32,000 nt of DNA from Blattabacterium cuenoti (GTDB taxonomy: Bacteria; Bacteroidota; Bacteroidia; Flavobacteriales; Blattabacteriaceae), in assembly GCA_014251975.1 (NCBI GenBank), contig CP059204.1, forward strand, positions 450,001 through 482,000, given 5' to 3'. Both the position numbers and the translations under genes were made by a program. The stretch's first letter is position 1, and every line of letters starts with the position of its first letter. Under the pieces are notes generated by a model. It searched no databases and was not told the origin of the DNA. It worked only from the letters and a program-made list of their open reading frames with translations. Shown in pieces: positions 9,591 through 19,957 of the stretch.

Positions 9591-10322
9591 TTATTTAATT
9601 TTTCCAAAACGACGTTTTCTTTTTTGAAAAGAAATAATTGCCTCAAAAAAATCTTTTCTTCTAAAATCAGGCCAAAATATATTTGTAAAATATAATTCTG
9701 CATAAGCAGATTGCCATAATAAGAAGTTACTAATTCTTTTTTCTCCACTAGTTCGTATAATCAAGTCTACATCTGGTAAATTTTTTGTATAAAGATGTTT
9801 TTGAAAAAAAGAATAATTTATATCTTCTATATTAAACTGTTTATTGTATATTTTTTTAGCAATATTTTTTGTAGCTCTTAATATTTCATCTTTGGAACTA
9901 TAACTTAAAGCTAAAACTAAAGTACCTGATGTATTATTTTTTGTAGTTTCAATCAATGATAAAAGTACTTTTTGAAGAATAGTAGGAAATTTTTTTATGT
10001 TCCCTATTACAATTGTTTTTATATTTTTTTTATTAATTTCTTCTAAATAAGATTCTAATTTAAAAGTAAATAGATTTATTAAATAATCTAATTCTTTTTT
10101 AGGACGTTTCCAATTTTCTGAAGAAAATACATATAGAGTTATATAAGGTATTTTCAATATTTGAGAAGCTATTAGTGTTTCTTTAACAGATGTAATAGCA
10201 TATTCATAACCATAAGTTCTTAATTTACCTCTTTTTTCTGCCCATCTACCATTACCATCCATAATAACAGCTACATGATTAGGTATATTGTTATAATCTA
10301 TTTTTTTTAAAAAATTTTCCAT
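9591..10322 (-). CDS. uppS: Undecaprenyl-diphosphate synthase (cis-isoprenyl transferase)
   Basis: 243 aa with the motifs MDGNGRWA and RTSGEKRISNFLLWQSAYAELYF. Confidence 0.92.
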   Translation of the reverse strand: MENFLKKIDYNNIPNHVAVIMDGNGRWAEKRGKLRTYGYEYAITSVKETLIASQILKIPYITLYVFSSENWKRPKKELDYLINLFTFKLESYLEEINKKNIKTIVIGNIKKFPTILQKVLLSLIETTKNNTSGTLVLALSYSSKDEILRATKNIAKKIYNKQFNIEDINYSFFQKHLYTKNLPDVDLIIRTSGEKRISNFLLWQSAYAELYFTNIFWPDFRRKDFFEAIISFQKRKRRFGKIK

Positions 10323-10364
10323 AAAAAAATCATAAATAATTTTTTTTGTTAATATAAAAGTTTT

Positions 10365-11246
10365 TTAGTTTCTTTTATCAATCCCCCATAGTAGTTTTTC
10401 TCTTAATGTTTTATAATAAGTGTTTTTCCCTTCTTGAAAGATATATATGTAAAATGGAGCTTTCTTAATGTATAATTCATTTTTTTTATTTAAAGATATT
10501 AATTTTGTATCCATAGATAATGAATAAAAATTTTCTCTACTATGTATCTTTAAATGAATTTTTTTATTGTCTGATATAATTAATGGACGAGAAAATAAAT
10601 TATGAGGAGAAATTGGAGTAATAACAAAATTTTTATTATCTGGGCAAATAATTGGGCCACCACAACTAAGGGAATATCCAGTTGAACCAGTAGGTGTGGA
10701 AATTATTAATCCATCAGCCCAATAAGAATTTAAAAATTCACCGTCTATATAAACATCAATAGTAATCATAGATACCGTTTTTTTTCTAAAAACAACTACT
10801 TCATTCAATGCATAATTAAATAAAGGATCAATTCGTAATGAAGATTCTAAATATAACAAACTTCTAGGCATTAGGTATAACTTTTTACTAAAAATTTTAT
10901 CTATTTTTTTAATAAAAATATCTTTGTTAAAAGTTGCTAAAAACCCTAAATTACCTGTATTTACACCAACTATTGGTATACCAGTATTTCTTATATATGT
11001 AATAGCAGAAAGTATAGTACCATCTCCCCCAAAAGTAAACATTAAATTAAAATCTTTAGTTAATTCTTTATAAGAAGAAAATATAGGAAAATTTAAATTT
11101 TTAAATTCTTCAAAAAAAGACAATTTTTTAAAAAATGATTTTTCTATATAAATTTCTATTGATTTATTATATGCATAGCCTATAAATTGATTTAAATATA
11201 TTATATTATTTTTTAGGATATTTTGTCCATATAAGGCTATTTTCAT
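10365..11246 (-). CDS. nadK: NAD kinase
   Basis: It carries the GGDGT, NTGNLGFL and TPTGSTGYSLSCGGP motifs. I place the start at the internal ATG (CAT at 11244-11246; MKIALYGQ...) because the 25-codon upstream extension in the ORF track has no homolog-like sequence and would overlap the divergent neighbour. Confidence 0.85.
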   Translation of the reverse strand: MKIALYGQNILKNNIIYLNQFIGYAYNKSIEIYIEKSFFKKLSFFEEFKNLNFPIFSSYKELTKDFNLMFTFGGDGTILSAITYIRNTGIPIVGVNTGNLGFLATFNKDIFIKKIDKIFSKKLYLMPRSLLYLESSLRIDPLFNYALNEVVVFRKKTVSMITIDVYIDGEFLNSYWADGLIISTPTGSTGYSLSCGGPIICPDNKNFVITPISPHNLFSRPLIISDNKKIHLKIHSRENFYSLSMDTKLISLNKKNELYIKKAPFYIYIFQEGKNTYYKTLREKLLWGIDKRN

Positions 11247-11296
11247 TATACGAAATTTTAAATTAAAATTTCTTAAATCAAAAATAAAAAATAAAA

Positions 11297-12238
11297 ATGA
11301 AACAATTTGTATTCCCTTCAAAAATATTATTGTTTGGAGAACATATTATTGTTAAAAATTATAGTGGATTATCTATACCATATAATTTTTATAAAGGTTA
11401 CCTAAATTTTTATAATAACAAAAAAATAAAAAAACAATACATTAATTCTAATAATGATATCAATATATACAATAATTTTTTAAGTTCACAAAAAACATTA
11501 TCAAAAATTATTGACTTAAAACAATTTAGTGAAGATATAAAAAAAGGTATATATTTTCATTCTAATATTCCACAACAATACGGAGTTGGTAGTTCTGGTG
11601 CATTAGTAGCAGCTATATATAATAGATATAACAAAATAAAAAAAAATCATACTTATTATTATGAAAAACAAAATATACTTTATTTAAAGAATATATTTAG
11701 TAAAATGGAATCTTTTTTTCATGGGACTAGTTCTGGAATTGATCCTTTAATATGTTTTTTAAAAAAACCAATATATTTAAAATCTAGTATAGATATTTAT
11801 ATTAAAAATATTTCATATAATAATTTTATTTATTATAAAAAAGGTGGTGTATTTTTAATTAATTCAGGGGTACCAAGTAAGACTTCATTAATGAACAAAA
11901 TTTTTTTAAAAAAAATAAAAAGTTTAAAATTTCATAAATTTATAAAAAGATATTTTTCTATACAAAATAATAAATGTATAGAATCATTTATAAATAGAGA
12001 TTATCATAAGTTATTAAAACATGTAAAAAAATTATCTATATATATATTAGATAATTTTTCACCTATGATACCAAAACATTTTATTGAAATATGGAAAAAA
12101 GGGGTATTAAATGATATTTATTATTTCAAATTATGTGGTTCTGGTGGTGGTGGTTTTTTTTTAGGTTTTACAAAAAATTATAAAAAATCTAAAAATTTTT
12201 TAAAAAAATTTCAAACAAGAATAATTTTACAATTTTAA
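11297..12238 (+). CDS. GHMP-family kinase, probably mevalonate kinase (or phosphomevalonate kinase-like)
   Basis: 313 aa with three GHMP motifs: N-terminal SKILLFGEHIIV, the phosphate-binding IPQQYGVGSSGALVAA, and C-terminal KLCGSGGGGFFLGF. Its size and motif 1 resemble mevalonate kinases. The exact substrate cannot be determined from sequence alone. Confidence 0.6.
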   Translation: MKQFVFPSKILLFGEHIIVKNYSGLSIPYNFYKGYLNFYNNKKIKKQYINSNNDINIYNNFLSSQKTLSKIIDLKQFSEDIKKGIYFHSNIPQQYGVGSSGALVAAIYNRYNKIKKNHTYYYEKQNILYLKNIFSKMESFFHGTSSGIDPLICFLKKPIYLKSSIDIYIKNISYNNFIYYKKGGVFLINSGVPSKTSLMNKIFLKKIKSLKFHKFIKRYFSIQNNKCIESFINRDYHKLLKHVKKLSIYILDNFSPMIPKHFIEIWKKGVLNDIYYFKLCGSGGGGFFLGFTKNYKKSKNFLKKFQTRIILQF

Positions 12239-12239
12239 A

Positions 12240-12968
12240 ATGAAAAAAAAAATTAGATTAAATCATTTTTTATCAGAAAATGGTATAACATCTAGAAGAA
12301 AAGCAGACGATCTAATTAAATTAGGTACAGTTGAAGTAAATGGAAAATTAGTTTTAAAATTAGGATGTAAAATAAATTATGATGATATTGTTAAATTTAA
12401 TGGAGTAAGAGTTAAATATAAAAAAAAAATTTATTTATTAATTAATAAACCTAAAGGTTACATCACAACAACAAAAGATAAATTTCGTAGAAAAACTGTT
12501 ATGGATTTAATACCTTATTTTTTTTACAAAAAATATAGAATTTTCCCTATAGGTAGATTAGATAGGTCTACAACTGGAATTTTGATTTTTACAAATGATG
12601 GTGATTTATCAGAAAAATTAACTCATCCAAAATATAGAGTACAGAAAGTTTATTCTGTATTATTAAACAAAAGAATATCTTCAAAAGATTTAGAAAAAAT
12701 AAAACATGGTAGAATTTATTTAAAAGAAGGTAGAGTAAAAGTATTGTTTATAAAATTAATAAAGTATAATAAAATTGAAATAGGAATACATTTTGGTTGG
12801 AATAAAATTATAATAAGAATGTTTAAATTTTTAAATTATAATATAATACGACTAGATAGAATATCATTTGGCGGTATAACTAAGAAAAATGTAAAATTAG
12901 GAAATTGGAGGTTTTTAAAAAATAAAGAAATAAAATATATAAAGACTAAAAAAAATAAATCATTATAA
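12240..12968 (+). CDS. rluB: rRNA pseudouridine synthase, RsuA/RluB family
   Basis: 242 aa with an N-terminal S4 domain (RLNHFLSENGITSRRKADDLI..G.V.VNG) and the catalytic GRLDRSTTG motif. Confidence 0.8.
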   Translation: MKKKIRLNHFLSENGITSRRKADDLIKLGTVEVNGKLVLKLGCKINYDDIVKFNGVRVKYKKKIYLLINKPKGYITTTKDKFRRKTVMDLIPYFFYKKYRIFPIGRLDRSTTGILIFTNDGDLSEKLTHPKYRVQKVYSVLLNKRISSKDLEKIKHGRIYLKEGRVKVLFIKLIKYNKIEIGIHFGWNKIIIRMFKFLNYNIIRLDRISFGGITKKNVKLGNWRFLKNKEIKYIKTKKNKSL

Positions 12969-13397
12969 ATGAAAAAAAAGATTATTATTATTAATGGGCC
13001 AAATTTAAACTTGTTGGGAAATAGAGAAATAAATATATATGGTAAAAAAAATTTTTTTACTTTTTTAAAAGAAATAAAAAAAAAGAAATTTTTTTCTAAT
13101 ATTATTTTAGAATATCATCAAAATAATTGTGAAGGTAAGATAATCGATTTTTTACATTTTTTTGGATTTAGATCAGACGGTATTATTTTAAACGCTGGAG
13201 CATATACTCATACCTCAATAGGTATTGCTGATGCTATAAAATCTATATCTACTCCTGTAGTAGAAGTACATATATCAAATATTCATTCTAGAGAAAATTT
13301 TAGAAAAAAATCATATATTTCTCCAGTATGTATAGGGACTATATTTGGTTTTGGATTAAAATCTTATGAGTTAGGTATTATTAGCTTTTTTTTATAA
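12969..13397 (+). CDS. aroQ: 3-dehydroquinate dehydratase, type II
   Basis: 142 aa with INGPNLNLLGNRE..IYG and EVHISNIHSRE.FR, both hallmark type II DHQase motifs. Confidence 0.92.
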   Translation: MKKKIIIINGPNLNLLGNREINIYGKKNFFTFLKEIKKKKFFSNIILEYHQNNCEGKIIDFLHFFGFRSDGIILNAGAYTHTSIGIADAIKSISTPVVEVHISNIHSRENFRKKSYISPVCIGTIFGFGLKSYELGIISFFL

Positions 13398-13990
13398 TTC
13401 ATATTTTGTATATTATTTATAATTTTTTTTTTCCCATTTTCCTTTTTTATAGTTATCTTAAACCATTGAGGAAAATTAATATCTTTATTTTGTATATAAT
13501 TAATAAATGAAATTATATTTTTATTAATTTTTATATAAGATAATTTATCTATTTTTGTGAAAATAACTTTAAACTTAATATTTTTATAATGTAACATTTT
13601 AATGAATTCTACATCTATTTTTTGAATAGGTATACTAGAATCTATTAATAAAAATAAACACAATAAATTTCTTCTTTTAAAGATATAATTTTTAACTAAA
13701 TTATTTGTTTTTTTTTTTAAAAAGTTATTTAAAACATATCCATATCCAGGTAAATCAATTAAAAACCATTTATTATTTATTAAAAAAAAATTTATATATT
13801 TTGTTTTTCCTGGAATAGAAGATACTTTAGCAAGTTTTTTAGTATTAGTAATCCAATTTATTAAACTAGATTTACCTACGTTAGATCTACCTGCAAAAGC
13901 ATATTCTGGATAAATTATGTTGTTATTATAAATTTGATCAAAATTATATATGCTACCTTTAAATTTTACAGAAATAATTCTCATTATCAA
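13364..13990 (-). CDS. engB: Ribosome-biogenesis GTPase EngB (YihA/YsxC)
   Basis: 208 aa with G1 GRSNVGKSSLIN, G3 DLPGYGY and G4 TKIDK. The start could be the ATG at 13984 rather than 13990. Its 3' end overlaps the aroQ 3' end by 34 nt. Confidence 0.85.
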   Translation of the reverse strand: MIMRIISVKFKGSIYNFDQIYNNNIIYPEYAFAGRSNVGKSSLINWITNTKKLAKVSSIPGKTKYINFFLINNKWFLIDLPGYGYVLNNFLKKKTNNLVKNYIFKRRNLLCLFLLIDSSIPIQKIDVEFIKMLHYKNIKFKVIFTKIDKLSYIKINKNIISFINYIQNKDINFPQWFKITIKKENGKKKIINNIQNMNYKKKLIIPNS

Positions 13991-14786
13991 AATTAAATTT
14001 TGAAAGCCATTTTTCTAAAATATTTATAAATTGTATAGGATGTTCCATCATTGGTACATGACCACATTTATCTATCCAATATAATTCTGAATTAGGTAGT
14101 AGTTTATGAAATAATTTTGCAACATTTGGTGGGGTAACAGGATCTTGTTTACCCCAAATTAAACATATAGGATGAAATATTTTTGACAAATCTTTAGACA
14201 TGTTATTTTTTATAGAACTTTTTGCTACATACAAAGTTTTAATTCCTTTTGTTTTATCATTAATAATTCTAAATATTTCATCCACTAATTCTTTAGTAGC
14301 AATTTTAGGGTCATAAAATACATCTTGAGATTTTTTCCTAATATATTCATAATTTTCTCTTTTTGGGAAATCACCACCAAAAGATTTTTCAAATAAACCA
14401 GAACTTCCAGTTAAAACTAAAGAATGAACCAAATCACTTCTACTTTTTGCTATAATCAAAGCAATATGTCCACCTAAAGAATTACCTATTAAAGTTGCTT
14501 TTTTTATTCCTATACCTACTATAAAATCTATTATAAATTTAGATAAATTATAAATGTCAGTTAACAATAAAGGCATGTTATAAATAGGTAAAGTAGGAGC
14601 AATTACACTATATCCTTTTTTAGGGAAAAAATCTAAAATTGCTTCAAAGTTACTTAGCCCTCCCATTAACCCGTGAAGCAAAATCAATGGTGGACCTTCT
14701 CCTTTTATTTTATAAAAAAATTTATTTATTTTCTTATTACCATTAATATCAAAATATTTTATATCAAAAAAATTTTCTTTATCCAT
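13959..14786 (-). CDS. Alpha/beta-fold hydrolase with an intact Ser-Asp-His triad; function unassigned
   Basis: 275 aa with an HG oxyanion motif (LLHGLMGG), nucleophile elbow GNSLGG, acid residue in GKQDPV and His in CGHVPMMEHP. Confidence 0.8.
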   Translation of the reverse strand: MDKENFFDIKYFDINGNKKINKFFYKIKGEGPPLILLHGLMGGLSNFEAILDFFPKKGYSVIAPTLPIYNMPLLLTDIYNLSKFIIDFIVGIGIKKATLIGNSLGGHIALIIAKSRSDLVHSLVLTGSSGLFEKSFGGDFPKRENYEYIRKKSQDVFYDPKIATKELVDEIFRIINDKTKGIKTLYVAKSSIKNNMSKDLSKIFHPICLIWGKQDPVTPPNVAKLFHKLLPNSELYWIDKCGHVPMMEHPIQFINILEKWLSKFNFDNENYFCKI

Positions 14787-15525
14787 ATATTTTGTTTTTA
14801 TGTATTTTTTTTATCACAAAATAAGCTTTTTTAGCAGATACCTCTTCTGATTTTTTTTTTGAAGTACCTATACCTTTAGTTTTAATATTACATTCCAAAA
14901 TTTTTAATTTAGATAAATAAATAATTTTATTTTTTTCTTGTTTTTCTTTAAATGTATTAAAATTAATAACAAATTTTTTCTTTTGACACCACTCCATAAT
15001 CCATACTTTATAACTGAAGATTTCATTTTTTAATTTTATAATATCTACATGATAATTCAATATTTTTTTATAAATGAAATTTTTACATTTTGTATATCCT
15101 ATTTCTAAATAAATAAAACCAATTAATGCTTCTAAAGTATTACCTAAAACACTATTATCATATATTACATGTTTATCAAAGAAAATCTCTTCAATAGATA
15201 ACTTTTTAGAAAGTTTATTCAAGTTACTTCTACATACTATTTTAGATCTTACTTGAGTTAATTCACCTTCTTTTTCTTCTGGTAAATTTTCATATAAAAA
15301 ACATGATATTATAGTATTTAGTATAGAATCACCTAAAAATTCTAATCTTTGAAATTTTATAGAATAATTCTTATTTAAATTTTTTTTTTTAGAAGAAAAA
15401 TTATATATAAATACTTCTTTTAATAACTTTATATTTTTAGGATAAAACCCTAATATTTTATAGAGTTTTTTAACTAAAAAAAAATCTTCTTTGTCTTTAG
15501 TTAAAAAACTATAATTATTTAACAT
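14779..15525 (-). CDS. rnc: Ribonuclease III
   Basis: 248 aa with the RNase III signature RLEFLGDSILN and a C-terminal dsRBD-like segment (GTSKKKSEEVSAKKA). It lies downstream of fabF, as is typical for Bacteroidota. Confidence 0.9.
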   Translation of the reverse strand: MLNNYSFLTKDKEDFFLVKKLYKILGFYPKNIKLLKEVFIYNFSSKKKNLNKNYSIKFQRLEFLGDSILNTIISCFLYENLPEEKEGELTQVRSKIVCRSNLNKLSKKLSIEEIFFDKHVIYDNSVLGNTLEALIGFIYLEIGYTKCKNFIYKKILNYHVDIIKLKNEIFSYKVWIMEWCQKKKFVINFNTFKEKQEKNKIIYLSKLKILECNIKTKGIGTSKKKSEEVSAKKAYFVIKKIHKNKIYG

Positions 15526-16793
15526 TAATTCTTTTTAAATAAAATACACACGTTATGTCCACCAAATCCAAAAGTATTACACATACTTATTTTAACTTTT
15601 TTTTTAATATATTTATTTTGTATAAAATTAATTTTTTGATCTATATTTTTATCTATATTAAATAAATTAATAGTAGGTGGGATAATCCCTTTTGTTAAGG
15701 GTAATATAGATGCAATTGATTCTATTACACCAGCTGCTCCAAGCAAATGGCCAGTCATAGATTTTGTAGAGTTAATATATATTTTATAAATATTTTCACT
15801 AAAAACTTTTTTTATTGCTTTAATTTCTGCTATATCCCCCAATTTTGTAGAAGTTCCATGAGAATTAATATGATCAACATCTTTATAAGTTATACCAGCA
15901 TCTTTTATAGCTTCTCTCATAGCTATTACAATACCTTTACCATCTGGATGAGGTGTAGTAATATGATATGCATCGCATGATATTCCTATACCTAATATCT
16001 CTGCATAAATAATTGCTCCTCTATTTTTTGCATGTTTATATTCTTCTATTACTAAACACCCTGATCCTTCTCCTAATACAAATCCATCTCTATCATTATC
16101 AAAAGGTCTAGATGCAGTTTTATAATCTTTATTTCTAGTAGATAAAGCATTCAATGCATTAAAACCACCTACTCCACTTTTAGTAATAGCTGCTTCTGAT
16201 CCACCAGTAATTATTGCATCAGCTTTTCCTAAACAAATTAAATGATATGCGTCTACTATAGAATTAGAAGACGATGCACAAGAAGATACAGTAGCATAAT
16301 TAGGTCCATGAAGTTTGTATTTTATTGAAATAAAACCAGCAGTAATATCAATTAACATTTTTGGTATAAAAAATGGACTAAATCTTGGATAAAATCCATT
16401 ATTTATATAATCTGAAATAGATTGTTCTAAATTTAAAAGTCCTCCTATTCCAGATCCCCAAATAACTCCTATTCTTTCTCTGTTTTCTTTATAAAAATTG
16501 ATACCACTATTTTTTATTGCTTCTTCAGAAGAAATAATTCCGTATTGTGAACATGGATCTAATTTTTTTATATCTTTTCTATCAAAAAAAAAATTTGGAT
16601 TATAATTTTTTAACTCACAAGCAAATTTAGTTTTATGTTTTTTCGTATCAAAGTAAGTAATAGGGGCAGTTCCACTAATACCATTAATAAGAGAATACCA
16701 ATATTCTTTAACATTATTACCTATAGGAGTAATTGCACCTATACCAGTAATTACAACTTTTTTTAGTTTATAATGCTTATGATAATTGTGCAT
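15525..16793 (-). CDS. fabF: 3-oxoacyl-ACP synthase II
   Basis: 422 aa with the active-site Cys context VSSCASS, the HGTST and GHLLGAAG motifs, and a C-terminal NTFGFGGHN. Confidence 0.95.
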   Translation of the reverse strand: MHNYHKHYKLKKVVITGIGAITPIGNNVKEYWYSLINGISGTAPITYFDTKKHKTKFACELKNYNPNFFFDRKDIKKLDPCSQYGIISSEEAIKNSGINFYKENRERIGVIWGSGIGGLLNLEQSISDYINNGFYPRFSPFFIPKMLIDITAGFISIKYKLHGPNYATVSSCASSSNSIVDAYHLICLGKADAIITGGSEAAITKSGVGGFNALNALSTRNKDYKTASRPFDNDRDGFVLGEGSGCLVIEEYKHAKNRGAIIYAEILGIGISCDAYHITTPHPDGKGIVIAMREAIKDAGITYKDVDHINSHGTSTKLGDIAEIKAIKKVFSENIYKIYINSTKSMTGHLLGAAGVIESIASILPLTKGIIPPTINLFNIDKNIDQKINFIQNKYIKKKVKISMCNTFGFGGHNVCILFKKN

Positions 16794-16795
16794 AT

Positions 16796-17053
16796 TTATT
16801 GTATATGTATTCCTTTTTCAAATAAAATATTTTCTATAGCTTTTACGGCATCTCCAATAGTTATAATTTTTTCAGCTTTTTCATCAGAAATACTTATATT
16901 AAATTCTTTTTCGAATTCCATAATAAGTTCTACTATATCCAAGGAATCAGCTCCTAAATCATTTATAAAATTAGAATTCGGTGAAAGTGAACTATTTTCT
17001 ACACCTAATTTATCTACAATAATAGCATTAACTTTAGATGCAATTTTAGACAT
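16796..17053 (-). CDS. acpP: Acyl carrier protein
   Basis: 85 aa with the phosphopantetheine attachment site [11 protein letters not shown]. Confidence 0.95.
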   Translation of the reverse strand: MSKIASKVNAIIVDKLGVENSSLSPNSNFINDLGADSLDIVELIMEFEKEFNISISDEKAEKIITIGDAVKAIENILFEKGIHIQ

Positions 17054-17204
17054 AGTTTATTATTTTTTTTACTAAATATAAATATAAAAAATTAGTTAAC
17101 TAAATCATATTAATTATTTTTTATAATAATTGGTTTTTACAAAAGAAAAGTTAAAATTATAATTATTTTGTTTACTTGTTATAAACATATATAATTGCGT
17201 ATTT

Positions 17205-17438
17205 TTAAATTAGTATAACAATTAAATTTTTATTTATTTTTAATATTCCTTTTTGTATTTTTATTTGTTTTACTTTATTATTTTTTTCAATTAATATTAT
17301 ATGTCCATTTTTTAATATTGAAATAAATGATATATGATTTTTTAATAATTGAAACTTACCATTTTTACCTGGTGCTATTAAAGATTTTATATATCCAGTA
17401 TATAAAATATTACTATAATTAATAATTTTTACTTTCAT
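17205..17438 (-). CDS. atpC: F1 ATP synthase epsilon subunit (short form, beta-sandwich domain only)
   Basis: 77 aa immediately downstream of atpD (2-nt gap). Its pattern (...IAPGKNGKFQLLKNHISFISIL..G.I...) matches the N-terminal domain of epsilon subunits. Confidence 0.75.
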   Translation of the reverse strand: MKVKIINYSNILYTGYIKSLIAPGKNGKFQLLKNHISFISILKNGHIILIEKNNKVKQIKIQKGILKINKNLIVILI

Positions 17439-17440
17439 TA

Positions 17441-18949
<1,509 letters not shown>

Positions 18950-19018
18950 TCATACGTAAATAATATAATCATTTATATATTCGTAAATTTAAAAAATGTA
19001 GAGTAAAAAACATAAACT

Positions 19019-19957
19019 TTGAAAATTTATTCATTGATTAATAAATTTAATTCTTTACGTCCATGTGTATTAGCTATAGGTATGTTTGATGGTGTACATA
19101 TGGGACATAAAAAAATTATAAATAATTTAATTAATGAATCAGAAAATAAATATTGTACGGTATTAATAACTTTTTATCCACATCCAAAAGAAATTTTATA
19201 TCCTAATTTTAATATTTGTTATTTGAATACTTTTTCTGAAAGAATAAATAAAATACAAGATACAGGTATAGAAAATTTAATTATACAGCCGTTTAATAAA
19301 AAATTTTCTAATCTAAAAATACAAGAATTTTTGCACAAAATAACACATTATAAATTTAATATAAAAAAAATGATTGTTGGATATGATTTTCATATTGGTA
19401 AAAACAGAGAAGGTACTATTGATAAATTAAAAAAAAATTCAAAAAATTATAAATTTCAATTTCTTCAAATTTCACCTTTTAAATTAAATAAAGAAATAAT
19501 TAGTTCAACTAAAATTAGAAATTCTCTATTGTTAGGTAAAATAGAATGGGCTAATAGTGCTTTAGGATATTTTTATACAATATCTGGATATATTAAAAAA
19601 GGATACGGAATAGGTAATTTTTTAAGATTTCCTACGGCTAATATAAAAGTAAATTCAAAAAAATTAATACCCAAAAAAGGAGTTTATGCAGTAAAAATAA
19701 AAATATTAGAATCTATTTTTAATGGTATGATGAATATTAGTATAAATCCTACCATAAATTATAATAAAAACAATATTAGTATAAAAGTTCATATATTTAA
19801 TTTTTTTAAAAATATTTATGGTAAAAAAATTGATATATTTATTATAAAAATTATTCGCGAAGATATAAAATTTTATACATTTGAATTATTAAAAAATCAA
19901 ATAAAAGAGGATAAAAAAATAATTAAAAAATTTTTTAAAGAAAAAAAATTTGAATAA
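19019..19957 (+). CDS. ribF: Bifunctional riboflavin kinase / FMN adenylyltransferase
   Basis: 312 aa with the N-terminal FAD synthetase motif GMFDGVHMGHKK and a C-terminal riboflavin kinase region (GYGIGNFLRFPTANI). It appears to start at TTG (19019), since no in-frame ATG lies upstream of the nucleotide-binding motif. Confidence 0.88.
   Translation: MKIYSLINKFNSLRPCVLAIGMFDGVHMGHKKIINNLINESENKYCTVLITFYPHPKEILYPNFNICYLNTFSERINKIQDTGIENLIIQPFNKKFSNLKIQEFLHKITHYKFNIKKMIVGYDFHIGKNREGTIDKLKKNSKNYKFQFLQISPFKLNKEIISSTKIRNSLLLGKIEWANSALGYFYTISGYIKKGYGIGNFLRFPTANIKVNSKKLIPKKGVYAVKIKILESIFNGMMNISINPTINYNKNNISIKVHIFNFFKNIYGKKIDIFIIKIIREDIKFYTFELLKNQIKEDKKIIKKFFKEKKFE

Noticed and set aside
11247-11321. 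25-codon N-terminal extension of the nadK ORF (MKGIQIVSFLFFIFDLRNFNLKFRI)
   Set aside because: NAD kinases begin close to the MKIALYG-type segment. The extension would overlap the divergent GHMP kinase gene and looks like translated intergenic DNA, so I moved the start to 11246.
15747-15980. 77-aa ORF on the plus strand
   Set aside because: It is antisense to fabF, so it is a shadow ORF.
16773-17075. 100-aa ORF on the plus strand
   Set aside because: It is antisense to acpP and the fabF start. acpP is unambiguous (DSLD site), so this is a shadow ORF.
17092-17103. Perfect 12-bp palindrome TTAGTTAACTAA about 40 bp upstream of acpP as a possible operator
   Set aside because: Palindromes of this length made mostly of A/T are expected by chance at this composition. 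No regulator gene is evident in the window, so I rate it not worth a finding.
17205-17438. Truncated (77-aa) ATP synthase epsilon subunit as evidence of gene decay
   Set aside because: As far as I recall, short epsilon subunits lacking the C-terminal helical hairpin are usual in Bacteroidota. The ORF is intact and tightly coupled to atpD.
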